64,000 nucleotides of DNA from the human T2T-CHM13v2.0 reference genome, Homo sapiens (GCF_009914755.1 NC_060940.1); one strand, 5' to 3'; shown: positions 44,046-57,189, counted from the stretch's first letter. Program-made: numbers and translations. Notes: generated by a model from the sequence alone, not told the origin.

Positions 44046-44615
44046 ACTCCTGTACCTGAAAAGCCTAGGGCAGCAATGGCTTCAGGCTTGGCTGGGTCTA
44101 GGAGCTCTAATGGGGTGGCCTTGATGCTGTCCCTCCTCATGCCTTAACTGCTTTCTTTTGCAATGGCCGTATTCACTGATGGGCTTTCGCTGGGTTGTGG
44201 CCAAGCTGAAAACAGTAGCCTCAGGCTTTTGCCTCACCACTGGAGCAATCCCAGTAGTGCAAACTGCACCCCTTTCCTAGAAATGTCTGCAAATGTCCCA
44301 GGGCTGACCTGCATGGGCCCAGCCTGTGCCCTGAATGATCACCATGATTCTGATTGGCCAGGTCTCATCATTGTGTCTCAAGGTAAGCGGGGGATCAGCC
44401 CTACCTGAACCTCAGTGACTCTTAAGGTAGAATGGTGCTTTGCAAAGGAAAATCCAGCTGGGCATGCAAAAACAGCAGATGCCTACCAGAGGGTGTGAGG
44501 CAGGAGCACTGGGACTTGGATTCTTGCAGGTTCTAAGGGAAGCCAGAGAGACAGAATAGAGGTTTCTGTCTCACCAGCAGAGACAGTGAACAAAACCAAA
44601 AAACCGTCCCCCTCC

Positions 44616-44750
44616 ATCCTTCTGTGGTTCCTAAGTGTGATGATTGGGTTTTCATACTCATGTGTGAAATGTACCTCCCTCAAGCCTTGTTATGATGTGG
44701 CGGGCACATTACCCTTACCCATCTGATGAAAAGAAAAGGAAAAACAAAAA
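44616..44750 (+). pseudogene. SNORD13: U13 (SNORD13) box C/D snoRNA retrocopy
   Basis: atccttctgtggttcctaagtgtgatgattggg...ccttgttatgatgtggcgggcacattaccc..atctga resembles U13; box C gtgatga 44637-43, box D ctga 44723-26; A-rich tail 44729-50. Confidence 0.85.
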
Positions 44751-46004
44751 CTTGGAAATCAGTTACAGGCAGCGGTTATGGGGTGAATTCAAGGTCTTGC
44801 TGCGATCTGATGGAGAAAGACAGGTGTGAAAGGGACAGGAAAATAAAAAGGAAGGATCCCTTGCTTGCTGGATGGGAGAAACAAGAGGACCATGAGAATG
44901 ATCCCTTTGGATAAATGTGACCTGATGACACCTCCAGACCCTGAGTTCCTTCCCGGGGTGGGCCTGGCTGTTTGCCGAGATCAGACTCTGCAGAGCAGTC
45001 TTTGCACCCCAGCGGAGCTCAGTCTGCTCTGTGAGTCTCTGCATACTACTGGAAACCCCGACGGAGAGTCCCAGCCTTTGGAATTCCCTCACTGAGGCCG
45101 AGATTGAGCAGTGCTCACCTTCTAGGCCACCACCCTTCACCCTTGACATTCACCTTCAAAAGTGAGCTAAGAGGCAGATGATATGGCGGCACCGTGGCAG
45201 GTACACCCCAGAGCCAGTCCATCTAGAGTATTGTTCCATGTAGCTCACAGAGGGAGCCTCAAGTTTCTACTTCTTTTATTCTTGCCCCCAAGTAAGGGCA
45301 TCTCTGTTTTGGTGCTTATAACTGAACAGGATGGACACTTTGGCCCCCGGTTCTAAAACCCAGTCGCGTTTTCCTGATCCTTTAGAAGTATGAGTCAGAT
45401 CATGCCATCCTGTGTTCACAGATATCTGATAGTTCTTTAGTCCTCTGAGTCAAGGCCAAGTCCTAATAAGGTTTACTTCATCTCACATCAGGGTGCCCTC
45501 TGTTGACTGACACCCTCACCTGTTAGTCTTACCTTCAGGTGATACACAACAGCCACCCTGGTCTTATTTATTTAATTTATTGTCTGTCTGTTCCTGCTTC
45601 CTACTATCAGACAACCTTTGTGAGGCCAGGAATTTTTGTCTGTCTTTCTTATTGCCATGTTCTAAGCATCTAGAGGAATACCTGCACGTGTTAGGTGCTC
45701 AGTAAGCATAGACTGAGTTGAGGTGATGAATTAACTCAGGCATGTGTGCATGCATGCATTTCACCATCACTTACCAAGTGTGTGCAAAGCACCAGCTAAT
45801 GAACTAGAAGCTGCAGTCAGCAAGACAAACTCCACATGGTCTCTGCTCTTGAATAGCTCCTGCTCTAGAGGAGAGAATGGCAATCCCATGTGATAATTAC
45901 TAAAAGGTTGGATAAGCCCAGGGTACTCAGGGGACATGGGGAAGACAGGAGCGCACCAGGGCCGAGATTCCTTCCTGCTTCTGTATACATAATTGCATCT
46001 CAAG

Positions 46005-46114
46005 CCTCTCTCAAGCCTTGTTTTGATGTGGCAGGCACATTACCCTTACCCATCTGATGAAAAGAAAAGGAAAAACAAAAACTTGGAAATCAATTACAGG
46101 CAGCGGTTATGGGG
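46005..46114 (+). repeat. 110-bp dispersed duplicate of 44674-44783
   Basis: Direct comparison gives 106/110 identity with no gaps, offset 1331 bp. Confidence 0.95.
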
Positions 46115-46859
46115 AATCTAACACGTAATTGCGATTTTATTGTTTATGTCCCGTTAGAACCATCTCTAGGTGTATACGCTCCCTTTCTGAGCAAATGCAT
46201 TCTAAATCCAATAGGTTTCCCTGCTGCCATGTTGAGTTCTAACTCATGGGTAGTTAAATCCCAGAATACTGATGTTTGCTGGTGGAAAATTGCCGTTTCC
46301 TCTCCTTGCTGAGAGGAGGTGGAAAACCAGAGAGCATTAATATTAAGTAAAAGGTGATATTGAGTAAACGGTGGAGAGGCATACTAGGTGCTTCTAAGCC
46401 CAATCCCCACAGGTAGCTCGTGCTGGGTGGCAGAGAGCGAGTGTGCTCCCCACTCTGGAACTGACACTTACTCTTGTCTGTGCCAGGCTCGTCCCACAGC
46501 TATTTGGATGGCCACTTTCTTCTGATTATTCAAGCCTCAATTTTAACATAAGCTCCTTAGAGAGGCAGTCCCTGACCACCTTATCTAAAATTGTTGCCCT
46601 CCACATCATCCTTGTCATTTTCCTCATATCACTAACTATAATCTGAATACATCCTGCTTCCTGTCTTTCTCTTTTATTTAAAGCTAAGTTCTATATGGAC
46701 AGCAGCTATTTCTGTCTTCCTCACTGTTGTGTCCTCAATACACATAGTAGGTGTTCAAAAAATATTCATGAATAAACAGACAGCAAATAGAGGGGATACT
46801 TGAGATACAGTATCTAAACTGTTGGAATTTGTAGAACTAGAAGACGCCACTTTTGGCTG

Positions 46860-46901
46860 TTTTTTTTTTTCTTTTCTTTTCTTCTTTTTTTTTTTTTTTT
46901 T
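46860..46901. repeat. T-rich tract
   Basis: 42-bp T/CTTTT run seen directly. Confidence 0.9.
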
Positions 46902-47084
46902 GCACCTGAGGAAGGAAGCAGCTTAATTGAAGCCACCCCAGCAGAAGAATCCACACCACAGTCCCACCTCAGGTGGACACACCATCTACTACTCTTGCTG
47001 GGGAGAGCTCCAAGCTCCTGGGTCGCGGTGGAGGTGGGTGGCATGCCTTGAGAGCCACTTGGAGCCACCGCCTCCTGACTGAGG

Positions 47085-47103
47085 CAGTGCCCTCTTGTGG
47101 CAG
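47085..47103 (-). promoter_or_regulatory. Candidate CTCF binding motif
   Basis: Minus strand CTGCCACAAGAGGGCACTG fits the CTCF core CCAcyAGrkGGCr; motif only, no binding data. Confidence 0.55.
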
Positions 47104-47439
47104 CTCTGTGATATACACACAGTCCTTCCAGGCTCCCCAGAGTTTCCTGATAGTTTATGAGACACACCCTTCTCTTTGCACCATTCAGCTCCTTCTAGAG
47201 GCTTATTACAGATTCCACTGGGACCAAAATTGACAAACGCCAAAACCACTATGAATTCCAGGAATGACCTTAAGCAGTGTTTGATAGTTCTGTTAGAGCC
47301 AGCAACTCATTTTGAATACTAAATTACCACTACAGCCTTGCAGTTCCAGTGCATACCAGAATTTCCAGCCCTTCTCATGTGTATTGCTTCCAAGAACTGC
47401 TCCAAGATTTTAGCCCTGTGTTCTTTTATAAAGTTTACT

Positions 47440-48030
47440 TTTTTATTGAGCTATAACCTTCACAAAGTAAAATGCATACATGTTCAGTATACAGCTTAAT
47501 GACATTTTTTTTGCTATTAGTTTTGCCTGTTCTTGTACTTCATGTAAATATCATCATTCAGAACTTTTCTTGTGTGTCTATATAAACATTTCAAGTCAAT
47601 ATTTTGTCTATGATATTCAGTGGCTTATTCTTTTCCATTGCTGTGCACTTACTAGGTGACAATTTCAGACAATAGTATGAGCACACTGCAATTTATTCAT
47701 TCTACATTTAAGACATTATTTAGCTTGTTACCAGTTTTTGTGAATAACTGAACATTTTCATACATATATTTTTGTAGACTATTCATATAACCAGGAGAGG
47801 AATTGCTAACATATTTTAGCCTTGATAAATACTACCAAACATTTTTCCAAAGTAGTGTATCAATTTACACTCCCACCTGCGTTGAATGAGTTCCTCCACG
47901 TCTTCATCAATACTTGGTATCATTGGTCCTTTAAAATTTAGCCATTCTAGTATGTCATTGTGCTTTTACTTTGCATTTTCCTGATGACTAATGAATTTGG
48001 CACATTTTCTTATGTTTATCGAACCTTGCA
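47440..48030 (-). mobile_element. Old L1ME-type 3' fragment
   Basis: tttattgagctataac...caatttacactcccacc...tttgcattttcctgatgactaatga. Confidence 0.6.
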
Positions 48031-48522
48031 TTTTGAATAACTACACATTTATTGACCAGAGCATGTACTCCCCTGAAGTTTGTAGACTGCCTTTGGACCT
48101 GTCCTTTTTTTAATGAAACTTTCTCTATGTTTCCCATGGGTTGTAGTCATCACTATCCATATATGAATGTAGACTAGAAACCTTAAATCTGTCTTTCCTT
48201 CGCCACTGTGCTCAAGAGGTCACAAAGTCCTATGGACCCAGAAATATCTCCTGAATGTGTTTGCTTCTCTTCATTCCCATTGTGATCACCTTAGTTCAAT
48301 TTTATCATCTCTTGTCCTTACTAGCAGGAGAATGTCACTCTCCACATTCCCTTACTTGAAGAATGGGTTCCATTTTTCTGAGAATGTTTTCTTCTTTGAA
48401 TCCACAGGCAACACAACTAGAGAGAGAAATAAGAATCATGACTACTAACATCTTTAGAATGTTTAGTGTCTTTCACGACTTTTACAAGTTTATTATATGC
48501 ATTATCTTTGAAGTAGGTACTC

Positions 48523-48761
48523 TTTTTTTTTTTATACCCCCATGCCATCAGCCACTGCCTCGCTACCTGCTGATGGCAGCTGTAGGCACCCAGCTCTCTG
48601 CATTCTAGGGGTGCACCCACCAGGAAGCTAATGTGGGCCCTGGATTTCTTTTTTTTTAAATATACTCTAAGTTCTAGGGTACATGTGCACAATGTGCAGG
48701 TTTGTTACATATGTATACATGCGCCATGTTGGTGTGCTGCACCCATTAAATCATCATTTAC
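48523..48761 (-). mobile_element. Short L1PA (PA4/5-like) 3' end with a 3'-transduced segment
   Basis: L1 terminus about 48658-48761, first T-tract 48646-57, non-L1 DNA 48534-48645, second T-tract 48523-33, all within 13-bp TSD gaagtaggtactc. Confidence 0.88.
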
Positions 48762-49528
48762 GAAGTAGGTACTCCTATCATCCCCCTTCCCCAGTTTCAG
48801 ATAAGGACATTGAACTATAGAGGTTAAGAAACCACAACAAGTAAGCTACATGGTTGAGCTGGAGTTCAAAACCAGAGTCTGTCTTCAGAACCAACTGCTT
48901 TACCACTCTATGATATTTGCCGGTGGTACTTGATTGAAAGTTACAAGCTCATATTTAATTAACAGATTTCATTTTTCTACATAATTGTGGTTTGGAGATT
49001 TATAGTTATGCCGCTGGGAATGAGGCGGATTTGACAGCTGCCATCTTGGCTAGAGAAATAATCTCTGCATTTGGAAACATGGCGGTATCAAGGCCAGTAT
49101 TCCAGGTTTGAGCCTCTTCCTAGCCAGTTAGCTTCCACGGAGGAAAACAATTAGTGAGGACTACGAATCACAGGAGAAACTGGACAAAGAGTGAGGGTGG
49201 ATCCCTATAAACCATCTTCACCACTGCAGGTGCTGCTGACGATAGGGCTTCTGTGGTTTATAACCAAGGGGGACAGGTCCTGCTGGAGCCAGCAGCCTCA
49301 AGAGCAGGTGAAGCAGTAACAAGCACTGTTCCTCTGTTGCAAGTTTCAAGTGGGTCTTGAGGAAGTCAAAACCGTGACAGCCCCCAGGATTAATCCCACC
49401 AGGGATTCAATGCAAAAACTAAGATCCACTGGGCAATTACAGTGTGCCAAGCACTAGGCTGAGTGTTTTATGGCCACAAGCTTATTTAAAAATCACAATA
49501 ACCTTATGAGAGAGCTACTGTTGTTATA

Positions 49529-50068
49529 CAGTAGCCAGCCGTTATCCAGGGGAGATTCATTCCAAGACCCTTAGTGGATGCCTGAAACCAAGGATAGAAC
49601 CGAACCCTATACATACATATTTCTTTCTATACATACACACATATAATAAAGTTTAATTTACAAATTAGGCACAGTAAGAGATTAACAACAACCCATACTA
49701 AAATGGAATAATTATAACAATATGCTGTAATGAAAGTTTTGTGAATGTGGCCTCTCTCTCTCAACATCTATTTTACTGTATTCATGCTTCTACTTATAAT
49801 CTGTCCGTTTCATAATGAGTGTGACTACTAAGTGACTAATGGCTAACAACATGGACAGTGCGGCTACGCTGGACACAGGGGAGATTCACATCCTGGGCAG
49901 GATGGAGTGGGATGGCAGGAGATTTCACCATGTTATTCAGAATGGTGCGTAACTTAAAACTTACGAATTATTTGTTTCTGGAATTTTTATTTAATCATTT
50001 TGCACTGTGGTTGACTGCATGTAACTGAAACTGCAGAAAGTGAAACCACAAATAAAGGGAGACTGCTG
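49529..50068. mobile_element. MER44 (Tigger7-derived, MER44B-like)
   Basis: cagtag...ttatccaggggagattcattccaagaccc...gtaactgaaactgcagaaagtgaaaccacaaataaagggagactgctg; inserted in a MIR. Confidence 0.85.
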
Positions 50069-50128
50069 CACCCATTTTGCAGATGGGGCCTCAGAGACCT
50101 AGAGAGGTTAAGTAACAAGTGCTAGGCC

Positions 50129-50285
50129 AGTGCTTCTCAAATATTAAGGAGTTTATAAATCCCCTGGGGACCTGGTGGAAATGCGGATACTGACCTGGCA
50201 GGGCTGAACTGAGATTCTGCATTTCTAATAAACTCCCAGGGGATGCTACTGCTGCTCGTTGAGGTGCCACACCAGTAACAAGGCC
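50129..50285. mobile_element. MER5A-family
   Basis: cagtgcttctcaaa...ctgagattctgcatttctaataaactcccagg. Confidence 0.7.
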
Positions 50286-50379
50286 CTGGTCCTACAGCTG
50301 ATAAGTGGTAGAGCTGAGATTCTCTTACAGGCGCTAGGGGTCCCGGGCTTTCTCTCTCCATCACCCTGCTCTATTGTTT

Positions 50380-50950
50380 CCTGTAGCAGCTGTGACAACC
50401 TCATTTAGATCACGTTCACAGGTCAGGCCCTGGTAAGCGTTCTTGTGACCTTGCATTAAGGCTCCACAGTGCTCCCCCTCCCTCTCTTTGCTCCAGACCC
50501 ACCAGTCACCTTGCCATTCCACTTGCCACCTACCCTTGCCCTTGCTGTTCCCTCCTGCTGCAATGTTCTTCCCCATGCATGACAAGGCTTGTCCCCCAAT
50601 GCCTTTCTGGTCTCTCCTCCAGTGTCTCCTCCTTGGAGAGGATGCTATCTGCAGTAGCTTCCACTGCCTCTGCAGACTGGCCCTTTTCCCCTCTTACCCT
50701 TGTCCTGTTCTAAGTTTTTTACAGCATTTATCACAATAAGATTATACATTTAATATACATATAGTTTATTGTTAATTATTTGTTTTCCTCACTAGAATGT
50801 GAGCTCCATGAAAGCAGAACTTTGTCCATTTTTCTCACTTTTTTATCTTTAGCATCTTGAACAGTGTCTGCAACATAGTGAGGCTTAATTATTATGTATG
50901 AAATGAATAAATGAGATTGTAAATGAACGAATGACTGAATAGAATAAATG
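50380..50950 (+). mobile_element. L2a
   Basis: cactagaatgtgagctccatgaaagcag...acagtgtctgcaacatagtgaggc...aatgaataaatga. Confidence 0.7.
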
Positions 50951-50979
50951 TTCTAACTTCCTAATATCTAATAACAACA

Positions 50980-51200
50980 GAAGCACCTAACATTTACTGA
51001 ACACGTACAGTTCCAGAAAACACACCAACTACTTTACCCAGATGATCCCATTTATTCTTACAAAAACTCTTAGACCTGTTATTACTAATTCCAATTTTCA
51101 GATGAGGAAACTAAGACTCAGAGAGGTACACTAATGTTCCCAAGGTCACACAGCAAGTAAGTGACAGAATTAGATTTTTCAGCCAGATCTAATTCCCCTA
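50980..51200 (-). mobile_element. MIR
   Basis: ttttcagatgaggaaactaagactcagagagg...cccaaggtcacacagc. Confidence 0.75.
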
Positions 51201-51250
51201 AAGTCAACAGAAAGTCTCCTGTGCTGGGCACCACAAGAGATAGCGCCATT

Positions 51251-51264
51251 GTTTCCATGGCAAC
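51251..51264. promoter_or_regulatory. Candidate RFX X-box
   Basis: GTTTCCATGGCAAC matches the near-palindromic X-box GTT(G/T)CCATGG(C/A)AAC; motif only. Confidence 0.5.
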
Positions 51265-53108
51265 AGCTCATGTCAGTAACTCTGATGCAGGATCAAGTGT
51301 AGGAAAACACTGAGCTTGGAGAGGAGGCCCTCATGCCGCAATCACAAATATTTAACCAAGGTAGAAAAAGAACAAAGGAAAATGACTGGCTTGGTAAATT
51401 AATTCTTACTTTCTCTACCACTTTTCATTTTCATCCAATAAGCCTACTCCTGGTCAGGAAAAGTAATTCCACTTGACGTTTGCTTTTAGTTTTACAAAAA
51501 TGACCTTGCATATGTGAAAGGACATATTTTGTCGTCAAGAATGTGCATGTTTAACCCCAGCACTGGGGGGTCACGCTATTTCTTTATAGGAGGCGTGTTA
51601 TCTTAGAGCAGAAGGAGAAAACAGGGAGCCAGGATTGCATTTTGCACCCAGTGCCCTCAGCAATTTCTGGTGCATTGTGAACAGTTAAATAGGAATAACC
51701 TCTGCTTAATCTTGGAAGCAGGTTAGTGGGTTTATTTAATCACTGACAAAAGAGTATATTTTCTAGGTGGAAAGGAGAGTAGAGAGGGTTTGTGACGGAC
51801 TGGAACAGCAGAGACTAGGATTTAAGCTTTGGGTAGCTCCAATTACACAATTTGTGATGCTTTCACATGGGTCAACAATGATCCTGAAAGTCCTGTATAT
51901 CTGGGGAGAGAGCTGCATGCTCTTCCTTGCCAGTAATCAGAGACATCTCCTTGTACCTAAACCTCCCATGTTCTCTGAGCTGCTAAGTTAGTTCTGAGTC
52001 CCCCAGAGTTCTACTGGTGTTACTACTTGGCCCAAGAAACTGGGGATCACTGAGGTTTTTCAGAGTATTTTTCTCAAAGGCAAAGAATCCAGATTAAGGA
52101 TTGTTGAGGCTCCTATAAGGAGCTGAAGGGGAGAAGCACAGGGTAAAGCCACAGTGATATTCATGGCTATATTCTTGGAGGCCTGTTTGCATTTGATTTG
52201 TGTGGGGCATGGAGGCTGACTCCAGTCTAACATTCAGTTGTTGAGAGGGGTAGAAGTTCTGAACAATGAATGATGTTTATGATACTATTAATAATAAAAC
52301 TACCACAACAATAACAACATAGAAAACACATTGAGCCTCCCACCCTCGAATCACCTCCCTACCTCCACAGGGGTACCCACCAGGTAGAGAGCCCAGGAGC
52401 CTCCTGTTTTTAGAGTCTTTAACTCCATTCCCTGGCCAAATGGGTTGTTCCTCATTGCAGCAGGAAATGAATGGGCACGTTTAAATCAATGGAGGATGTT
52501 TAATAAAGGGGCAATTTACAAGTGTGTGGGCAGGGTGTAGGGAAACCATAAGGGATAGTTAGGTGACTGAGGGTCAGCAACATCAGGGCTATTTCACATC
52601 CCTTGGTCCTCAGGGATAAGCAGTTTATTGAAACCTGAGAGTCTTGCAGACAGGGTCTCCTTGAATGAAACTTGGCCTTGGGGAAGAGCATCATGAGCAG
52701 ACTCTGCTGGTGAGAGAGTCCTGACCTCATCCTCTTCCTCTCCTTTAGTACCCTGCCTGGGCTCTCCACTGCAGACCCAAAACAGAAGCCAAAGGCGAGG
52801 AACAGGGCAGGGATTAGGTGGCAAGGGATGGAGAGTGGTTCTGCAGGGGCCAGTGGCAGAGTCGGCACACTAAGGGAGACGGGGCCAGCAGGGGACTCCT
52901 GCCCTGAAATAGGTTTATGAAGTCTGTCTCTCAGAAATTCAGAGCTAGGCCTGAGAATCAACCAGGGAGTGATTCTGGGTGACTGGGAATTATTATGGTT
53001 GTACAGTATTCAGAAGCCATATGAGGTGGTCACAGTCCACTATGTGGATAGTCAGAGAAAGCCAGTGCTCAGAGAAGTACGAAAATGTACAGAAAGAAAC
53101 AGAACCAT

Positions 53109-53372
53109 TGCTGGATGCGGTGGCTCACGCCTGTAATCCCAGTATTTTGGGAGGCCAAGGCAGGCAGATCACGAGGTCAGGAATTTGAGACCAGCCTGGC
53201 CAGCATGGTGAAACCCCATCTCTACTAAAAAGACAAAATTAGCCAGGCATAGTGGCAGGCACCTGTAATCACAGCTACTTGGGAAGCTGAGGCAGGAGAA
53301 TTGCTTGAACCCTGGAGGCAGAGGTTGCAGTGAGCCGAGTCCAGCCTGGGCAACAGAGCGAGACTCCATCTC

Positions 53373-53400
<28 letters not shown>
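53109..53400 (+). mobile_element. AluSg-like with about 15 bp deleted in the right arm
   Basis: gatcacgaggtcagga; gagccgag joined directly to tccagcctggg; long poly(A); TSD agaa(a/g)cagaaccat at 53095-108 and 53401-14. Confidence 0.92.
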
Positions 53401-53403
<3 letters not shown>

Positions 53404-56400
53404 AGCAGAACCATGCAACAGAGAATGGACACCCAGGTCCTGCCCATGACTTCTTTCTGCAGATGGTGCATGCCCTGCCTCTGAGTTCTACCAGATATCC
53501 CTCACCCTTATGATACACTTCCCTTCCTGCTTAAACAGCTTCAGTGGAATTCTGATTTCTTAATTTTTATAAATAACTGCCATCTTGGAGCATTTCCTAT
53601 AAACCAAGAAATGGGCTGAGTTCTTTACAAACATTATCCAATTTCATATAATCCTATATGATGCCACTTTTCCAGGAGCGCAAACTGAGCCTTGGGGAGG
53701 TTAGTAGCTCACCCAAGGGGAGACAGCCAGTATGAGGCTGAGCCAGGACTTGATCCCAGATCTGCATGACTGTAAATCCCAAGCTTGTGGCCATTTCTCC
53801 CTTCCGCAATGGGAAGAGTCTTCCTCATTGTCTCTCATGCTGGTATCAGGACATCGGTAGGACGTCCATATGATGCTGCGACTGCACCTCGTAGCTTTGT
53901 ATTGTGTACCAGCCATTCAGGCCTTCCCTCACCTCTTCTTTTGCATGCTGAGCCCTCGAGTTGTGTGGGGGCTGGTTCTCTGCGTGCCCAGATCTATTTT
54001 TTGCCCTCGTCTACTGTGCCCTCCATGTCCCAGGAAGCTGAGCCCTTGGACTCCTCTGGCCTCCACTGGGATTCGGCCCTTGGAGAGGCACTGGCAGGGG
54101 CCAGGCAGGAGGGGAGAGTGGTGCACTTCTTTGCATGTGCCCTTGTGTGCCAGTGCCAGCAGGCTCTTACAGCATGGTTTGCTCCCCATGCCCTTTCTGT
54201 CCTAGAGACAAAATGGCTTCCTCTGGTTCCTGTGAGGCTGCTCCCTGGGTGCCTCATTATCCCTTGTTAGTTCCTTTAACCCTGCCCTCACCTGTAAACA
54301 GGCCCTTCCTTCAATTCCTTTCAGGATCTAATGGAGTGTGTCTGTTTCCTGCAAGGACCCTGTCCTATAAACTGTTCCTGCCCATCTGCGAATGTCCAAT
54401 CATGTCTTTAGGACCGCAGATCCTGAAACAGGAAGCTGAGTTTACTAGGGTCAGTCCACTAAACACACTGACCTCATGGTTGCAGACCCACCGAATACTT
54501 CCCTTCCAGTTTATGACAGCCCAGGCCCAAGTCCAGGGCCCCGAGCACCAGGCCCAGCAGGGCTGTCAGTGATTCCGGCTCAGGACATGCAGGGAACAGT
54601 TTTCTTTTCAGAGTGCTCCTTAATAATGCACATGACAGCCATCACAACGTCTCGCAAAGCCCAGTGACAAGTCCCTGGATCGCTCTGTCATTACAGTAAT
54701 CATTTGAATCAATAGTGTAGTAAAACTGCCATACGTTTATTTCACCCGGGAGATTAAGCAAACAATTATATGAAACATTCTGCAGAAAACCCAGCGCTCC
54801 AGATGCAGAGGGAGACTGTGCGCTCGTCCCCAACCAAATGCTCTTCCTTTAGTGCGTTTGTTTTTGCGGCTTTATCAACAGACTCTAAATTCTCACATTG
54901 AGAAAGAATAAACCTATACATTTGCCAGCTTTTTTATTCCAGCCTGGGGAACTCACCCTGTGTGAGTGAGGGAGTGAGTGAGAGGGTATGTGTTGTGTTT
55001 CTCAAACATCCCAGAATGTACAGTGCCTACATCACCACTCTAAACATAGCAGAAACTCAATAAAAGCCCACGGGCGGTGGCCGTGGCAGTCATGGTTTAA
55101 AATAATGACTATGGCGTGATTTCTGAGCATGACGGGTTTCTCCCGGTAATGAGGCTTTACATCTTTTGGCCTTCTCTTTTCTGCACATTGAGCCACACCA
55201 CCAATTTAATGGATTTGAAACATCCATTGTGATGGTTTTATTTTCATCTTGGTCAGATGGACATGCAGCTGAGAGCATCTCAAGCACTGGAGGCAGCATT
55301 AACTTCTGGGGGCCAAGATTTCCTCTCTCTCCTTGTTATCTGGATGGTTTTCTAATGTACACTCGCCCAGTAGTTTGAACTTGGCCATAATTACAGTCTT
55401 ATTATCCTCACCAGCTTTACTTATCTCATTATCTCCTCCCTCCTGTATTAGAGGTCAGTAGAACATCCCTTTTATTAGCCACTTAATCCTTCTATCTAGT
55501 AGTTCAACCCTGATTGATCCACTTAAGGTCCTTCTTTGTAGTTAACTTCACTGACATTTGAGATTCCCACCCCTTAAGTCCTTTCATTGCACACAAGCAG
55601 TCAGCTCTCTAGATCAGGAGTTCATTATCATTAATTTTATTAGAAGGAAGTCAAGTTTCATCATTACTCAATGAGCACCACTTTATTTTTATACTCCTCC
55701 CTCTCTACTTTTCTGGAGGTTGGCTCTTCTATCTTTGCATACTTTTTTGTACTCTTCTTTGGAAAATTTTAGTAGCAGCTTGTGGATATCTAAAAATGCC
55801 CATCTTCATAGGAAAGGACATGACCTAATGCCCAGGCGTAGACAGATTGACAGAACGTTGTTAACGTGTGTGCGTGACGAGACACGGGTGTGTACTGTAA
55901 GTGACCCATTTTATTGATTCACTCAGCAAATATTTATTATCACTCCTGTATTCACTGATAAAATGACTAAATCATCTCAAACCATCATTTTCTTCTACAT
56001 CTAACCCTATGCAGCTTTTCCCTGGAGAATATGCTCACAGTTTGTCTTTGTTTTTAACGTCTAGACTGATGATGAATTTACAAGGTATATACCATTGTAG
56101 AACACATTCCATACTATTTATTTTATCTATGTTATTATCTACAAAGATGCTTTTATAGCATTTTGATAGTTCTCTCATATTTTTTAACAATCACCACTGG
56201 AATTTCCCTGCCTAAGAATGCTGGGGTCTGGGCAAGGATAAGACAGATGTTTCCACCCTGGGCTACTTTTCAGTCTCAAGGGTTATTATAGACATCTGTG
56301 TAGCATGCCTTGGTTGGAGAGTGGAGGCACTGAGAGAATCTGAGAGATTAAGATCACTGTGTTTGAGCAATGAGGCATTCTGGAGTTATGGTCAAATACT

Positions 56401-56477
56401 GTCCTACTGAGAGAAATTCACAAGAGCCATCCCTGCCACCTTAGTCAAGCCCAGTCTACCCCATCAGCTAGAGTCAG

Positions 56478-57189
<712 letters not shown>

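Noticed and set aside
46860-47250. T-tract plus adjacent unique DNA as a minus-strand processed pseudogene
   Set aside because: No TSD found, only a non-canonical signal (AATTAA), and no recognisable parent protein in any frame; a BLAT search could reopen this
53785-54572. Overlapping 161-aa and 145-aa ORFs
   Set aside because: No recognisable domain; several frames on both strands are open in GC-richer, probably LTR-derived sequence
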